Below, in pieces: positions 12,844-25,462 of a stretch of 64,000 nt of DNA (position 1 is its first letter; the number at the start of each line of letters is the position of its first letter). The notes below the pieces were generated by a model, which was given only the letters and a program-made list of their open reading frames with translations, searched no databases and was not told the DNA's origin. A program made the translations under genes and the position numbers. The DNA comes from Cyanophora paradoxa CCMP329 (Eukaryota; Plantae; Glaucophyta). Location of the stretch: assembly GCA_004431415.1 (NCBI GenBank), contig QPMI01000524.1, positions 62,001-126,000 on the forward strand. Direction: 5' to 3'.

Positions 12844-15800
12844 TCAGGCGGGGAGGGGGACGCGGATGTCGTCGGAGAGGAGGAGGACCAGCGAGGCGAG
12901 GAGGAAGGGGACGAGGAGCGCGTACTGCGCGGCGCCCCGCCGCATCAGAGCTCACTTCGAACTGGAGTGGGAGGGGCGCAGAGAGGGGGGAGCCGTGGCG
13001 GGCGCTCGCCTTGAGGGTGCGGTAGAAGTAGAGGTTGAGGCTGACGGGCACGGCGTCGCTGAAGTGGAGGCCCTGGCCCCGCCCCGCCCCGCCACGGGTC
13101 AGACAAGAGAAGAGCCTCGGGGGTGGAAGCCGGGGGAAGGCGGGCACCTGCTCGTTGACCATCTCGAGGACGAGGGTCGTCTGCGGGGGCGAGGATCAGG
13201 GCCCAAGGGGGACATGGAAGGCGGGGGGAGGGGCAGGGCGCGCCCGCGAGCGGGTGCTGGGTACGGGGATCTCGATGGAGTGGACCCCGGGGGAGGAGAA
13301 GGTGGCGGTGGCGAGGACGCGCCGCCCCGCCAGGCGCGCCTGCTCGGAGAGCGCAAGTCAGGTCGGAGCCGAAGGGCAAAGAAGGGGGAAGGGGGGTACG
13401 CGCGCGCCCTGACGGTGTAGGCGGCGCGCTCGCGGGCGGTGGGCTTCCGCTCGTCCGTGATCTGCCGCGGGCGGGGGCGCGGGTGGGCCCCGGGAGGCGA
13501 GGGCGCGGGGGCGGGGGCCCCATCGAGGTGCCCCGGCGCTGGACGCGCCGGCCCCGGGCGCGGGGGGCGCACCTCGAACCAGAGGACGAAGGAGCGCCCG
13601 AAGAGGTCCCTGTACCGCCGGCTCTGCGGCAGCACCTGCCCCCCCGCCCGCCCCGCGTGAGGGGGGCACAGGAGGCGGCGGTCGGGGGGGGGGGGGGGGG
13701 GGGGAGTGCACGTGGACGCCGAGGTACCCCTCGCGGGCGACGAAGCCCGTGCGGCCGAACCCCTGCGCGGGGCTGCGCGCGCGGGGCTCGGGCGCGCTCG
13801 GAAGAGTTCAGGTGAGCGGGAGCGGACATGGCCTTGAGGGGGTGGAAGGGGGTGTTGGTGCCGAAGGCGTACAGGACGCCGTTCATGGTGCTGACGAGGA
13901 GGGCGAGCTTGCCGCTCCCGGCCCGCAGCTCGTCGGCGAGGACGAGCGAGTACGAGTTCTCCCCCAGGTCCACCCGCTGGACGCAGCCCGTCGGGCCGTG
14001 CGCCACGTACACGTGCCCGTCGAACGACGGCACCACGACGTGGTACCCGGGGCCCGCGGCCGCCCCCAGCCGCAGCAGCGCCGCCGGCGCCAGGATGCGG
14101 TCCTCCGTCCGCAGGGGGAAGTGCGGGAGGTCCCGCCCGTCGTCCCCGCTCCTGCGGGGGCGCACGCGTGAGCCGCTGACCACAGGCGCGCCGTCGGGCG
14201 GGCGCCACAACCCAGGCCGAGGCGGCGCGAGGCGCGAGGCAGCCAAAGGCGGGGGCGGGCGGGCGGGGGCGGACATGGCCCAGAGGACGCCGGAGTCGGT
14301 GCCGACGACGACGTCGAGGACGCCGTCCCCGTCCACGTCCCCCACCGAGGGCGGCTGCGCGGCGAGCCCGATGAGGCGCCGGTCCCACAGCTCCTCCCCC
14401 CGCCCGTTGAAGACCGCCACGTTCCCCCGGCTGTCCACCGCGATCAGCTCTGCGCCCGCGTCAGGGAGGAAGGAAGGAAGGAAGGGAGGAGGGGGAGGAA
14501 GGGAAGCTGGCCGAGGGCGCCGTCGGCGTTCAGGTCAGCGAGGGTGACCTGCCCCTGGATCTCCGCCATCTCGATGGGGAACCCGGGCTTCGTCTTCCCC
14601 GCCCCGTCCAGCGCGTAGAGCCAGCCCGCGCTCGTCCCCACCACCACCTCCACCCGCCCGTCCCCGTCCACGTCCCCCACGGACGGCGACGAGTACCTGT
14701 ACCCCGAGTCAGACGAGGGGGGGGGGTGAGAGGGGGGTACGGCGCACATGTAGGCCCGGTACTGCGTCTCGTCGGTCGTGAGGTCGAGGTGCTCCAGCCA
14801 CTTCAGCTTCCTACCCCCGCCAGCTTAGACGGGGTGAGGGGGCGGGAGCGGGAGGGGGGTACCCGGTGGCGAGGTCCAGGACGGCGATTCCGCCGGCGAC
14901 GTACTTCGTCAGCTGCAGGCCCGGATCCAGCTGGGAAGGGGGCACGGAGTAAGGTCTGGAGGAACGGAGGCCGGGGAGGGGGGGGGGGGGGGGGGGCGGG
15001 CGGGAGGGGGGTAGTAGAGGGCCCGCACCTCCTTCGCCCGCGCGGGGTCCGCGTAGTGCTCCCTGTTGGACGCGGTAGAAAGACTTGGGTCAGGGGGTGC
15101 GCGGGAGAGGCTCGAGGGGGTACATGGCGGACCGGTCGAAGTAGAAGGAGACGGCGAGGACGAGCTCGTCGCTCCCGTCGCCGTCGACGTCGGCGATGAG
15201 GGGGGTGCAGAGCACGTGCGGGTCGACGTCGACGTACCCCTCCTTGTGCTGCTGCTCGCCGTAGGTCTGGGCGAGGGTGTCCCACAGGCTGTCGACGGGC
15301 ACGCGCTGCTTCTGGAGGGAGCCCCCGGCGGAGGCCTTGAAGACCTGCCACGAGGCCAGCGCCTCGTCGCTCAGCTCCTGGCCCTGCCCGCCCCTCTCAG
15401 CCCGGCGAGGCGAGAGAGGGCGGGGCGAAGGGAGCGGGTACCCCCGACACGGTCTTCTTGACGGCCTCGAGCTCCTCGGGGGTCGCCTCGTCTGCGGCGG
15501 GGCGTCAGGGGGGCGGCGGGGCGGGCCAAGGCGGGGGGAGCGCGGGGGCGGGCGGGCCGGCGGGGATCGGAGCGGCGAGGTCGATGGGGAGCTCCGAGTC
15601 GTCGTACTGGGAGAGGCGCCGCCTCCGCGCCGGCGGCTGCGGCGGCTGCCGCTGCGCCTCCTGAGGCGCGGCGGCGGCGGCCTCGCCCTGGGCCGCCGGG
15701 GCCGCCGGCGTCTCGGGGCGTTCGCCGCGGGCGCCTCCGCGGCCGGCGGCTGCGGCGCGGCCTCCCGAGCCGCCTCCGGCGCGGGCGCCGAGGCTGCCTC

Positions 15801-17212
15801 CGGGGCCGGCGCCGGCGGAGCGGGGGCGGCCTCGGGCGCGGCGGGGCGGGAGCGGTCTCCTGAGCGGCAGCCTGCGGCGCCGGCTCCTGCGCTGCTGCCG
15901 CCGTAGCGGGCGCAGCGGCCTCCGCGGCGGCGGCGGCGGCCGCGGCGGGCTCCTGGACCGGCGCGGGCGGGGCAGGCGCCTTTCCCTCCGCGGGCGCCGC
16001 GGCGGGCTCCTCTGTTGCTGGGGCCGCCGGCGGAGGCTGCGGCGGCGGAGGAGGGGGCACCTCCTCCACCTTCGGCGGCGGAGGAGGGGGAGGGGCTACT
16101 TCCTCCTTTGCGGGAGAGGGGGGAGGGGGAGGGGGAGGGGCGCGCTCCAGCGGGGCGCTGGGCACGACGTTGCCCGTGCGCGGCTCGGGCATTTCTGCCA
16201 AGGGTTCGATCGGTCTCACGTGGGGGGCGAAGAGGGAGCGGGGTACGGGATCACCGGCGTGGCGGTGGGCCTCGCCGTGGGAGGAGTGGGCGCCGAGGGC
16301 GCTCGCGCCGTCCCACTCGTGCCCCTTGCTCTCGTCGATGCCGACGTACCAGTCCTTCCGCACGCGCAGCCGCGGCACCCGCATCGTCCTCTCCACCAGC
16401 GGCAGCCCGTCCTCCCTGCCGAGGAGCTCGGGCGGGCGCGGGGCCCTGGGAGCGCGGCGCCGCGCACCGGAGGAAGACGACCTCAGCGTTGGCGGTGACG
16501 ACGAGGACCTCGAGCGAGCCGTCCTCGTCCACGTCGTACGCCAGCGGGCTCCCGTGGAAGCTCGCCGACGTGAACGCGTACGGCCAGCCTGCCCCGCGCG
16601 TCGGACGGGCCGGCGGGCGGGAGGAGGAGGCGAGAGGAAAGCGCTCGAGCGGGCGCACCGGGCCGCCGCTCGCCGTCCGAGCCGGAGAGCAGCTCGATGG
16701 AGCGGACGAAGGTCGCCACGGCGACCGACTTGCGCCCGTCGCTGAGGGCCGGGCGCACCGCATCAGCGCGGTCGGGAGCGGTCGCGCCGAGGCCGCCGGC
16801 ACCTGCTGAGGTCCGCGATGATGGGCGTCGCGTACACCGACGCGTCCACTTCGGCGGTCCAGAGCGGGTCGATGTCCACGCCGCACTGGCTGGAGCTCTC
16901 AAAGAAGAGCCCGCCCGTGAACTTGCTGATCGTAGTGTTCGCCCGCGAACCGAACTTTGTCGCGTCCGTCCCGCTGCGCCGTACGCGCGGTCAGCAGCGG
17001 GGCGACGAGGCGGTGAGCGTCCGGCGCGGCGCTCACAAGATCACGTCCTCGATGCGCATCACGTCGGGGCCCTGAAGGAACTTCTCGCCGCCCGCGGAGG
17101 GAACTTTTTTGCTTGACGCGACGGGCTTGGTGATCTGCGCCCGGCACACATCTCCGAGCAGCACCAAAACCAGCACCACGTATCCCACGGGCCGAGGATG
17201 GCACGGCGCCAT
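12844..17212 (-). CDS. DEX1: DEX1-like FG-GAP repeat (integrin-alpha beta-propeller) membrane protein, multi-exon
   Basis: Signal peptide MAPCHPRPVGYVVLVLVLLG. Plant-DEX1-like blocks: WTAEVDASVYATPIIADL, GWPYAFTSASFHGSPLAYDVDEDG, VPRLRVRKDWYVG, VDPHVLCTPLIADVDGDG, VVPSFDGHVY, LGENSYSLVLADEL, LVSTMNG. C-terminal TM YALLVPFLLASLVLLL. Two apparent single-base deletions in the Pro/Ala linker. Confidence 0.88.
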
Positions 17213-17404
17213 CCTACGGCCCCTTCCTGCGAGCGCCGGCGGGCCTTTGAGTGTGTACCCCGGCTCCACCCACTTTGGAAGGCCAGCAGCCAGCAGCCGA
17301 AGGAAGGCACCAGCACACTTGACGCGCTGCGCATACAACCGTCTAGCCAGCAGCTGCGTAATCACCCATCCAGCGCCCCGCGCGGCGCGTAGCTAGCGAG
17401 CGGG

Positions 17405-19338
17405 ATGTCGGAGCGCCTCAACTGCGTGGAGGCGCTCCGCATAGAGGCGGTGCTGGCCGAGATGAACGAGAAGCTCGGCCTGCTCGCCCTCCTCACGCCC
17501 AATGCCATCAAGCAGCGGGAGGAGATGTCGCAGCGAGCCGGCGATGACATTTCTAGGATGATCACAGACCAGCGTGAGCTGGAGTCGCGCTTCGAGACGC
17601 TGATAGCCAACCGGGCAACCCTCAAGGGCATGGCGAACAAAGCACGATACAGGGAAAACCTCGAGGAGATCAAGGAGGTGTGCCTGGGGCCCGTCCGGCC
17701 CCCGCGCCGCGCTGACGCCGTGCAGACCGCGAGGCAATTGAGGCAGAACACGAAGACGCTCGTGCGGAGTCTAAAGGACAACCCGAACGTGGCGGACAAC
17801 ATCCTCAAGATCCAGAACGAGTGCAACTTTGTGCAGGTTCGCAGGGCGGCGTGCGCCCCGCGCTTCGCGGCCGCTGAGTCGCCGCGCGCGCAGAACCTCA
17901 TCAACAGGACAGTACAAGAGTTGCGGGAGCAGTGCCGCTTCTCTAGCCTGCCGAGCGTGGTGGAGGAGGAGCAGGGCAAGCAGTCGCTGCTGCAGGTCCC
18001 CGCCCGCCGCTGCCCCGCGCCGAGCTAGGCCGCCGCTGACGCGGGACGCGCACAGGAAGTCATGACACGCGAGAAGGAAGCGTCGGCGGCCGTGAAGAAC
18101 CTGCAGGTGCGGCGCGGCGCGGCGCGGCGCGCGTGGGCGGGGCGGCGCGGCCGTGAGCGGGCGGCGCGCAGCAAGAGCTGGAGAGCGAGAAGAAGGAGCA
18201 CGAGAAGGAGATCCAGGATCGGAGTAGGACCATCGCGAAGCTGAAGGAGCAGGTGAAGGCCCTGCGCGGCACCACCGACATCGAGATACGGTGCGGGGCC
18301 CCGGCCCGCGCGGCGGGGCGGCGGCGGGGCGGCGGGCCGGGCCCGAGCGGGAGCGCAACAGGTACGCGACGAAGGAGGCGAAGGCGCACTCGACGACCGC
18401 CGTGCGGACGTACAACAAGGTGCCCGCGGCCGTTCCCGCCCCCGGGGCTATCCCCGTCGCAGATTCGATCCGGGGCGGGGCGCGCAGGTGGAGGGTGACC
18501 TGGACGCGGAGCGCCGTAAGCTGCAGACGCAGCTGAAGATCGAGGAGCGGGTGAGCGACCCGGGACCGCGGCGCGGGCCCCCCAGCCCCACCTGAGCCCG
18601 CCCCTTCCCCCGGTCGCAGGTGAACAAGGAGACGGAGGAGTTCCTGAAGCGGCGGCACAAGTCGCTGCAGGACGAGGTGGAGCGCTGGGATGCCAAGTAC
18701 GAGCAGGTGCGCCCCGGCAGGGCAGGGCGGGGCGGGGGCGGGGGCGGGGGCGGGGGCGGGCGGACGAGGGGGCGGCGCTAGAGGGGACCCTGTCCGAGGC
18801 GCCAGGCATCGCACCGTGCTCTCCGCCGCCGCCGGCGTGGCCCTCGCCTGTGGAGGGCGGCCTCCGCTGCGGGCGCAGCCAGCCATAGGACGGACGCGAC
18901 CGACCTGGCCGGCCCCGCGCCTCGCACGATCGATCTCACCTCGGGCCCCGCGGGGGCGCGCAGGAGATCGAGGAGAAGACGCGCGAGTACCAGGACCTGA
19001 AGTACCGAGAGGAGCGCGACGTCGCCCGGGTGCGGCGCTGCGCCGCCCTCGCGTGGGGTCCGGTCGGGGCGCTGAGGGGAGCGGGGCGGCAGCTGAACGA
19101 GCTGATGGAGATCTACCGGAGGGACCAGGAGGAGGCGGCGGAGCGCTCGAAGCGGGAGGCGGAGGAGGCGGAGCGCCGCGCCGTCGAGGAGGCCATCGCC
19201 AAGGAGCAGGGCGGCGCCGCCGCCAAGATCCAGGCCGTCTGGCGCCGCCGCATGGTCCAGATCCAGCTCAAGAAGAGCAAGGGCGGCAAGAAGAAGGGCA
19301 AGGGCAAGGGCAAGGGCGCCAAGGGCAAGAAGAAGTGA
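17405..19338 (+). CDS. DRC9: Dynein regulatory complex subunit 9 (IQCG/FAP122-like), 10 exons
   Basis: Spliced coiled-coil protein with DDISRMITDQRELESRFETL, LKDNPNVADNILK, VERWDAKYE, IQ motif AAAKIQAVWRRRMVQ and tail KKSKGGKKKGKGKGK. DRC10/IQCD is a less likely alternative. Confidence 0.85.
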
Positions 19339-19554
19339 GCCGGTCCCCCCTCGCCTCCCCCTCTGCCGCCCCCCCGCCCCCCTCCCCGCCCGTGCAACCC
19401 TCTTCGCCAGTCCCCCTTCCCTCCCTCGCTCCTCCACTCGCTGTCCTCTCCCGAATACACTGCTTTGTCCGTCTGGGCAGCCGGGCAGCTTCGCTCGACC
19501 TTCCAAGAGCACAACCAGTGAGAACTGGGGTCTCACGTCTCAGATCTCGGGCCG

Positions 19555-21933
19555 CTAGGCTTCTCGGAGGGCGACGGTGGCGAGGAAGCCCTCCGGGGCG
19601 ATCGTGAGGCGGGAGCGGGGCCGCACGGGGGGCGCCCCGGGGGCCGGAGAGAGGGTGAAGCGGCCGGCCACGGCGGCGACGGCGAGGCGGAGCTCCAGCT
19701 GCGGGGCGCGTTCGAGGCTCGCCGAGCCACGCGGGCGGAGATAAAGAGAGGGCGGGGCCCGCTCACCATGGCGAAGTGCTGCCCGATGCACGAGCGCGGG
19801 CCCAGCGAGAAGGGCGCGTACCCCTCCGGCACGTCCTCCTGCGGCCCGGCCCCCGGCCTGGCCTCAGGGCGCAGACTGGCTGCTGGGGCCGGGGGGTACA
19901 GGGCGCACGCGGGTCCAGCGGCCGGGCACGAAGTCGTCGGGCCGGTCCCACAGCTTCGGGGAGCTGCGGAAGGAAGGGGGCGGATCGGGGGTACGCGACT
20001 AGATGAAAATGAAGGCGGGGCACCGGTGCATGGAGTAGAAGTCGAGAATGACGTCGACGCCGGCGGGCAGGCGGTACCCCCCGACCTCGGTCGCGTCGTC
20101 CGTCGTCCGGACGCTCCCCGCTGCGGCGAGGGTCGGAGGTCGATCGGCCGGGAGACGGGGGTACCCAAACAACGCACGGGCGACGGGGTACAGACGGAGT
20201 GCCTCCTTGACGGCGCGGGTGGCGCGGGGCAGGGCGCCGGCGGCGGAGCGGAGGCGGGCGGGGAGCTCGGGCGGGGGGCAGGCCTCGAGGGCGCCGAGGA
20301 AGGCGGCGCCCTCCTCCGCCACCGGCCGCCCCTCCTCCGGGTGCTCGGCGAGCAGGTGCAGCGTCCACGCCAGCGCGTGCGCTGCGCGAGAGACGTGAGC
20401 GCGGGGGTGATGCGAGGGGGAGGGGGGTGCGGTGCTGCGCGCCCGTGCTGTCGTGGCCGGCGAAGAGGAGCGTGAGGCACTCGTCCACCGCCTGCGGCGC
20501 GGGTTCGGCTACCGGCTGGAGGGTTCCTCTTCGGGGCGGGGGGCGGGCACCTCGTCGTCGGTGAGGGGCCGGCAGAGGCCGGCGCAGGGGCCGCCGCAGC
20601 CGCAGTTGACGCGGGAGGCGAGGAGGCAGTCCAGGGCGTCCCGCGGCGCCCCCGCGCGCCCCCCGGCCTCCCCGGCCTCGCGGCGCCCCCGGACGACGTC
20701 GAGGAGCCAGCGGCGCGAGGCGCCGAGGTCGGCCTCGAACTGGGCCCGCCGCTTGCCGCCGGGGACCAGCGCCCGCCACGGCTCGAACGTCCTCGCCGAG
20801 ACCTGCGCCCGGATCAAATTCGAGGCCGGGCCGGCCCCCCGGGGGGTACCAAACCCGCCTCGCTGGCGGCCCGGAGGAAGCAGCTGACCGCCTGCGCCGG
20901 CGTCATGCGGGTTCGGCGAGGGAGAGTATCGTCCGGGGGGTACGCGCATCGGAGGAGAAGGAGGCGCGCTGGCAGTCGGTATCGACGGAAAAGAGGGCCC
21001 GCGTGACGGCGTCTGCGCACGCAGGGGCGCTGAGGGGAGGGGGGTACGCGCAGGATCGCCGGGGCAGCATTTGCGGGCCGAGGGTGAGGCGGGTCGCGAG
21101 GGCGTCGACGTCGACGGGGGCGCCCGAGCGCGCGGCCGCCTGCGGAGGGGCCGCGCCGCGTCCGTGGGAGGAGCCTCGGCGGGGGCGCTGGGCCGGCGAG
21201 GCGGGCACCTCGAGGATGGCGGAGAGGCGGCGGACGCTGTCCCAGACGGCGGGCAGCTGGGCGTCCAGCTTCAGGCTCCCGAACGCCGGCTGCGCTCGGG
21301 GGCGTCCGGGCGAGTCGGATCGAGCGTCCGAGAGTCCGAGGGCGGAGGCGCCGGCGCATGCGCACGGAGAGGAGCTTGCGGGAGCGCTTCCAGCGGGGCC
21401 CGTTCGCCGTCACGACCCCGAGGCCGACCATGGCGCGCAGCGGCCTGTACGCCTTCGCCGCCTTGGGGCACTCCAGCAGCGCGCGGACGGCCCGCGGGTC
21501 GGAGGTCACGACGCGGACGTCGAGGAACAGGATCTTGAGGAGCCACGTGGGCCCCGCCTCCTCCGCCAGTCGCCGGAAGCTAAGCAGCGGGCACACGCGG
21601 TCCAGCGCCTTCACGTTGCCCCAGAACCTGCGCCGGGCGCGGGCGGCCGCGGGCGCCGAATGGTCAGCGCTCGGCTCGACCGGCGGCGGGCTCAACGCGG
21701 CCGGAGAGCGCGCGAAACGATCTCTAGCGCTATTCAAAAGCGCGCAGCAGTGCCGGCCGGCCCCTGTGCTTCGAGCTGGCCATGGCACGGACGCACCGAC
21801 GGTTCTGCGGGCACGGCACGGCGGCCGCCCAGCCGCGCATCGCCCGCGCGACCCTGGAGAAGCGCCACGCGTATAGTACGCCGTATACGAGCACGGCGCC
21901 GAGTAGCGCCGCGCCGACCAGCGCGGCCGCCAT
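19555..21933 (-). CDS. Cytochrome P450, ER-anchored, multi-exon
   Basis: N-terminal TM MAAALVGAALLGAVLVYGVLYAW, C-helix NGPRWKRSRKLL, I-helix LLFAGHDST, ExxR (KEALRLYP), heme motif FSLGPRSCIG. Confidence 0.92.
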
Positions 21934-22129
21934 CGACTCGGAGGTGGCTTTGACACGACCGGCCGGAGACGCAGACTAGTATGTACACAGCTCCGGGCAG
22001 CTGGGAGCGACGGCCCACTGGACAGCAGCGCGCGGAGGCGCCGGACAAGCCGCCGGCTTCGAGCCGAACTTCAAGCCGGTCCCGGGTACATGTGCTGGAC
22101 TTCGAAGTGACCTTCATCTGGCCCTTGAG

Positions 22130-24924
22130 ATGGTGCTCTTCGTGCCGGCACTCGCGTCCCCAGCGAGACCAACGCAGCTGCGGTCCGGCTGGCCGTCGCC
22201 TCGGGCGTGGCACGCGACGGTCTCGCAACCGCCCACCCCCGCCGCCGCCACACGGCAAGACCGGCGCAGCGTGATCGGATGCCCTCACTGGACGTCCGCT
22301 ACGACCAGGCGACCCTCCGCCGCGACCGTTGTCCGGCTGCGGCGCCGCTGGCTCGCGGGCCTCGGCGACCGCGTCCGCCGGCGCGAGGGCGTGTCATGCA
22401 TCGATGACGCGATCCGACGGCACTTCCGTGGCCTCGCGGCGCGCTGCGAGGCGCGGGACGGCGAGCTCGAGGGGACCGCGGAGTCGCCCGAGGGCGAAGC
22501 GGCCGAGTCGTCGGGCGCCCTCAAGGAGTACCCGCCGGTGCCCTCCCCGCTCTGAGTTGCCTCCGCGCGCCGCCGACCGCCCCCCGCCCGTCGCGCAGGT
22601 CGAGAGAGGTCCGGGCCGAACGCCTGCCGCGCCGGCGCGCCGCCTCGCTGATCCGCCGCGCAGGCCGCATCCTGGGCGCCACCGTGCTCGTCGCCAGCTC
22701 CTGCACGGGCGCCAGCATGCTCGCGCTGCCCGCCGGTGCGCCGCCCGGCCCGCCCGCCACCGAGTGCCCGCGTCGAGCGCGGGCGGCGCAGTGCAGTACA
22801 AGGCCGGGTTCCTCCCCTCCTCCGTCTGCCTCTTCTTCTGCTGGGCGTACATGTGCCTCACCGGTGCGCCCCGTACCCGTCCGGGGCCCGGCCCGGCCCG
22901 TCCGCGACGTGACTGGGCCGGCGCCCCGCGGGGCAGGCCTGCTGATGGTGGAGGTGAACGTGGCGGTCGGAGAGGGTGCCAACCTCAGCAGCATGGCCGA
23001 GGCGACCCTCGGCAAGCTCGGCAGGGCGCGCCCCGCCGTACCCCCCCGCCCCCCGCTCCCGCTGACCCCTCGGGCACCGCGCAGCTGCTGACGATCCCCC
23101 TCGTGCTCATCGGCACCGCCGCCGTCATCTGCGCCTACATCGTCGGCGCGTCCCCCCGCCTCCCCCTCCCCCCCCCGCCCGGCCTCGGGCCCCGCTGAGC
23201 TCGCCTCGCGGCAGAGGACGGGCGGATCCTGGGGCGGGTGCTTGCGGAGCAGGTGGGGGCGGGGCTGGACCCGGCGCTGGGCCCCGTGCTCTTCGCCGCC
23301 GCCTTCGGCCTCCTCGTCTTCGCCGGCACCAGCACCGTCGACATCGCCAACCGGCCCGCCCCGCCCCGCCCCCGCACCCCGACCCGCGAAGCTGACGCCT
23401 GCTGCCACGCCCTCCTCGGCCGCCCCGCGCAGGTTCCTGTCGGTGGCGTGGGGCGTCCTCTTCCTGACGCTCGTCGGCATCGCCCTCCCCGACATCGACC
23501 CCGCCCTCCTCGTCCACCAGGTGCGGGGGGCCGGCCGCCGCCCCCGCGGGGGGCTAGCCGGCGGCGCGGGGGGCGCCCCTCGCCCCTCCAGGCTAGGAGC
23601 AGCGGGGGCCGGGCCCCCCGATCCCGTCCCCCCCTTGCTGACCGCCTCCTCTTCGCTCGCCAGAACTGGGCCGTCACCTTCGGCTCCGTGCGCCCTCGTG
23701 TACCCCCTCCGGGCCAGCGTACCCCCCTAACCCCCGCCCTCCGCCCGGGGCGCGCAGCTCTCGGTGGCGATCAACGCCTTCATCTACCACTCCGTCCTCC
23801 CCTCCGTCCTCAGTGCGCGTACCCCCGGCTCCCCGCCCCCCGACTCATCGCCGCGGGCCGCAGCGTACGTGCGGGGCAACCCGCAGGCGGCCAAGGAGGC
23901 CGTCATCTACGGTACCCCGGGCCCCTGCCAAGAGGTCAGAAAAGCTCAGCTCAGCTGACGTGCCCCTTCCTCTCCCAGGCACCGGCTTCCCCCTGCTGGT
24001 CTACATCATCTGGGACGCCGCCGTCCTCGGAATCACGGTACCCCTGCTCCCCCTGTCTTCCGTAGCCCGCCCCTTCTGAGCGCGCGGCGCAGCCTTTCCG
24101 CGGGTGGCGCGCGTGGGAGGGGAGCGGGGGTAGCGTCCTTCAGGCCCTCGAGACAGCCACCGGCAACCCCGCGTGCGTCCTCTTCCGTACCCCTCGGTCG
24201 AAGCGAATCCGAACGGACGCCTATCCTGTACCCCGCAGTCTGCTGCCCGTCGCGAACGTGTTCGCGTTCCTGGCCGTCGTGACGTCGTTCCTCGGCCTGG
24301 GGGTAGGCTTCGTCGATTTCCTTGCGGACGCCTTCCGGGTTCGAATCCGCCCGGCGCCGCTTTCCCCTCTGCCCTTCCGAGCGCCGCGCAGGTGCAGAAC
24401 GAGGGGTGGCGGCGGGCGGTGATGTGCTGCCTCGCCTTCTGCCCCCCGCTCCTCTTCGCGGTCTACAACCCCGACGTCTTCTTCCAGGCGCGCCCGTACC
24501 CCTCCCCGGCCCCTCCCCGCCTGACGCGCGGCGCGGCAGGCGCTGGCGGTGACGGGGGTGGCGGGGACGTGCCTGACGGGCGTGCTGCCGGCGGCGATGG
24601 TCTACAGCCTGCGCTACGGCCTGCCGGAGTGGATGCGCTTCGGGGAGCCCGAGCCGCAGGCCGAGCTCGAGGCGGAGGAGGCCACCGCGGCGGCGGCGCG
24701 GGGCGGCGAGCTCGTGCCCCTCCCCCGCGAGGCCGTCGGCGGCCTCGTCGGCTTCTCCGTCGCCCTCGTCCTTTACCAGGTGCCGCTCCCGCCCCCCCCC
24801 CCCCCCCCCCCCCCCGGGCCCCGGGCCCCGGGCCCGCCTCTCACCGTCCGCTGTCCTTCAGGTCTGGGAGCAGTTCATCTCCCCCTTGCTGGCGCCCGTC
24901 CCCATCGTCACCGGCGCCGGCTAA
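22130..24924 (+). CDS. tyrP: Tryptophan/tyrosine permease (TyrP/Mtr family) with putative plastid transit peptide
   Basis: ILGATVLVASSCTGASMLALPA, AGFLPSS...CWAYMCLTGLLMVEV, AFIYHSVLPS, FAFLAVVTSFLG and LTGVLPAAMV blocks with multiple TMs. Ser/Thr/Arg/Pro-rich N-extension starting MVLF. Confidence 0.8.
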
Positions 24925-25462
24925 GCCGGGCGACTCGTCCCGCCCGCGCCCCGCCTCGGCTCTAGACGTGCATTTGGCGCCGGCGTCTTTGTACGAGTAG
25001 CAGCCTAGTGGTACCGCACCAGCCTATAGCTAGTAGACAGCTGTGCATCAGTATTCACCCCAAGCAATATGTCTAAATATTGCACTGGCGAGAAATCTAA
25101 ACGATAAATTGCACTGCATTGCACTGTACCGCCCCTGATATCGCGATCGTGAGCTCGATCATGATCGATATCGTGCCGCCGCGGCCGTGGAATCAAGCTT
25201 GCAATTGATCATGATCGATTTCATGATCATGATCATGAGGGCAGACAGGCGGCAACGCTGCTGGGCCGGGAAGACCGTCGATCGCGACGTCGGACGAGGG
25301 CCGCCGCGCGGGAGTCTCGAGTAAGAAACTTGACATATACACATAAAGTCTCGAGGGAGGAGCTTTGACATAATGTACATGTATATGTAAGAAAACTGTG
25401 GCTCGGCGGTTTGAAGAAAAACGAAAGGCAGATCGGGATCCTGAACGAGGCGGCGCGCGCAC

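Noticed and set aside
15700-15860. Two frameshifts in the DEX1 Pro/Ala linker suggesting a pseudogene or programmed frameshifting
   Set aside because: Each is repaired by adding one C to a short C-run (~15715, ~15845) and the rest of the gene is conserved, so a homopolymer sequencing error is more likely.
18707-18963. Unusually long DRC9 intron as a snoRNA host
   Set aside because: No convincing C/D or H/ACA boxes were seen.
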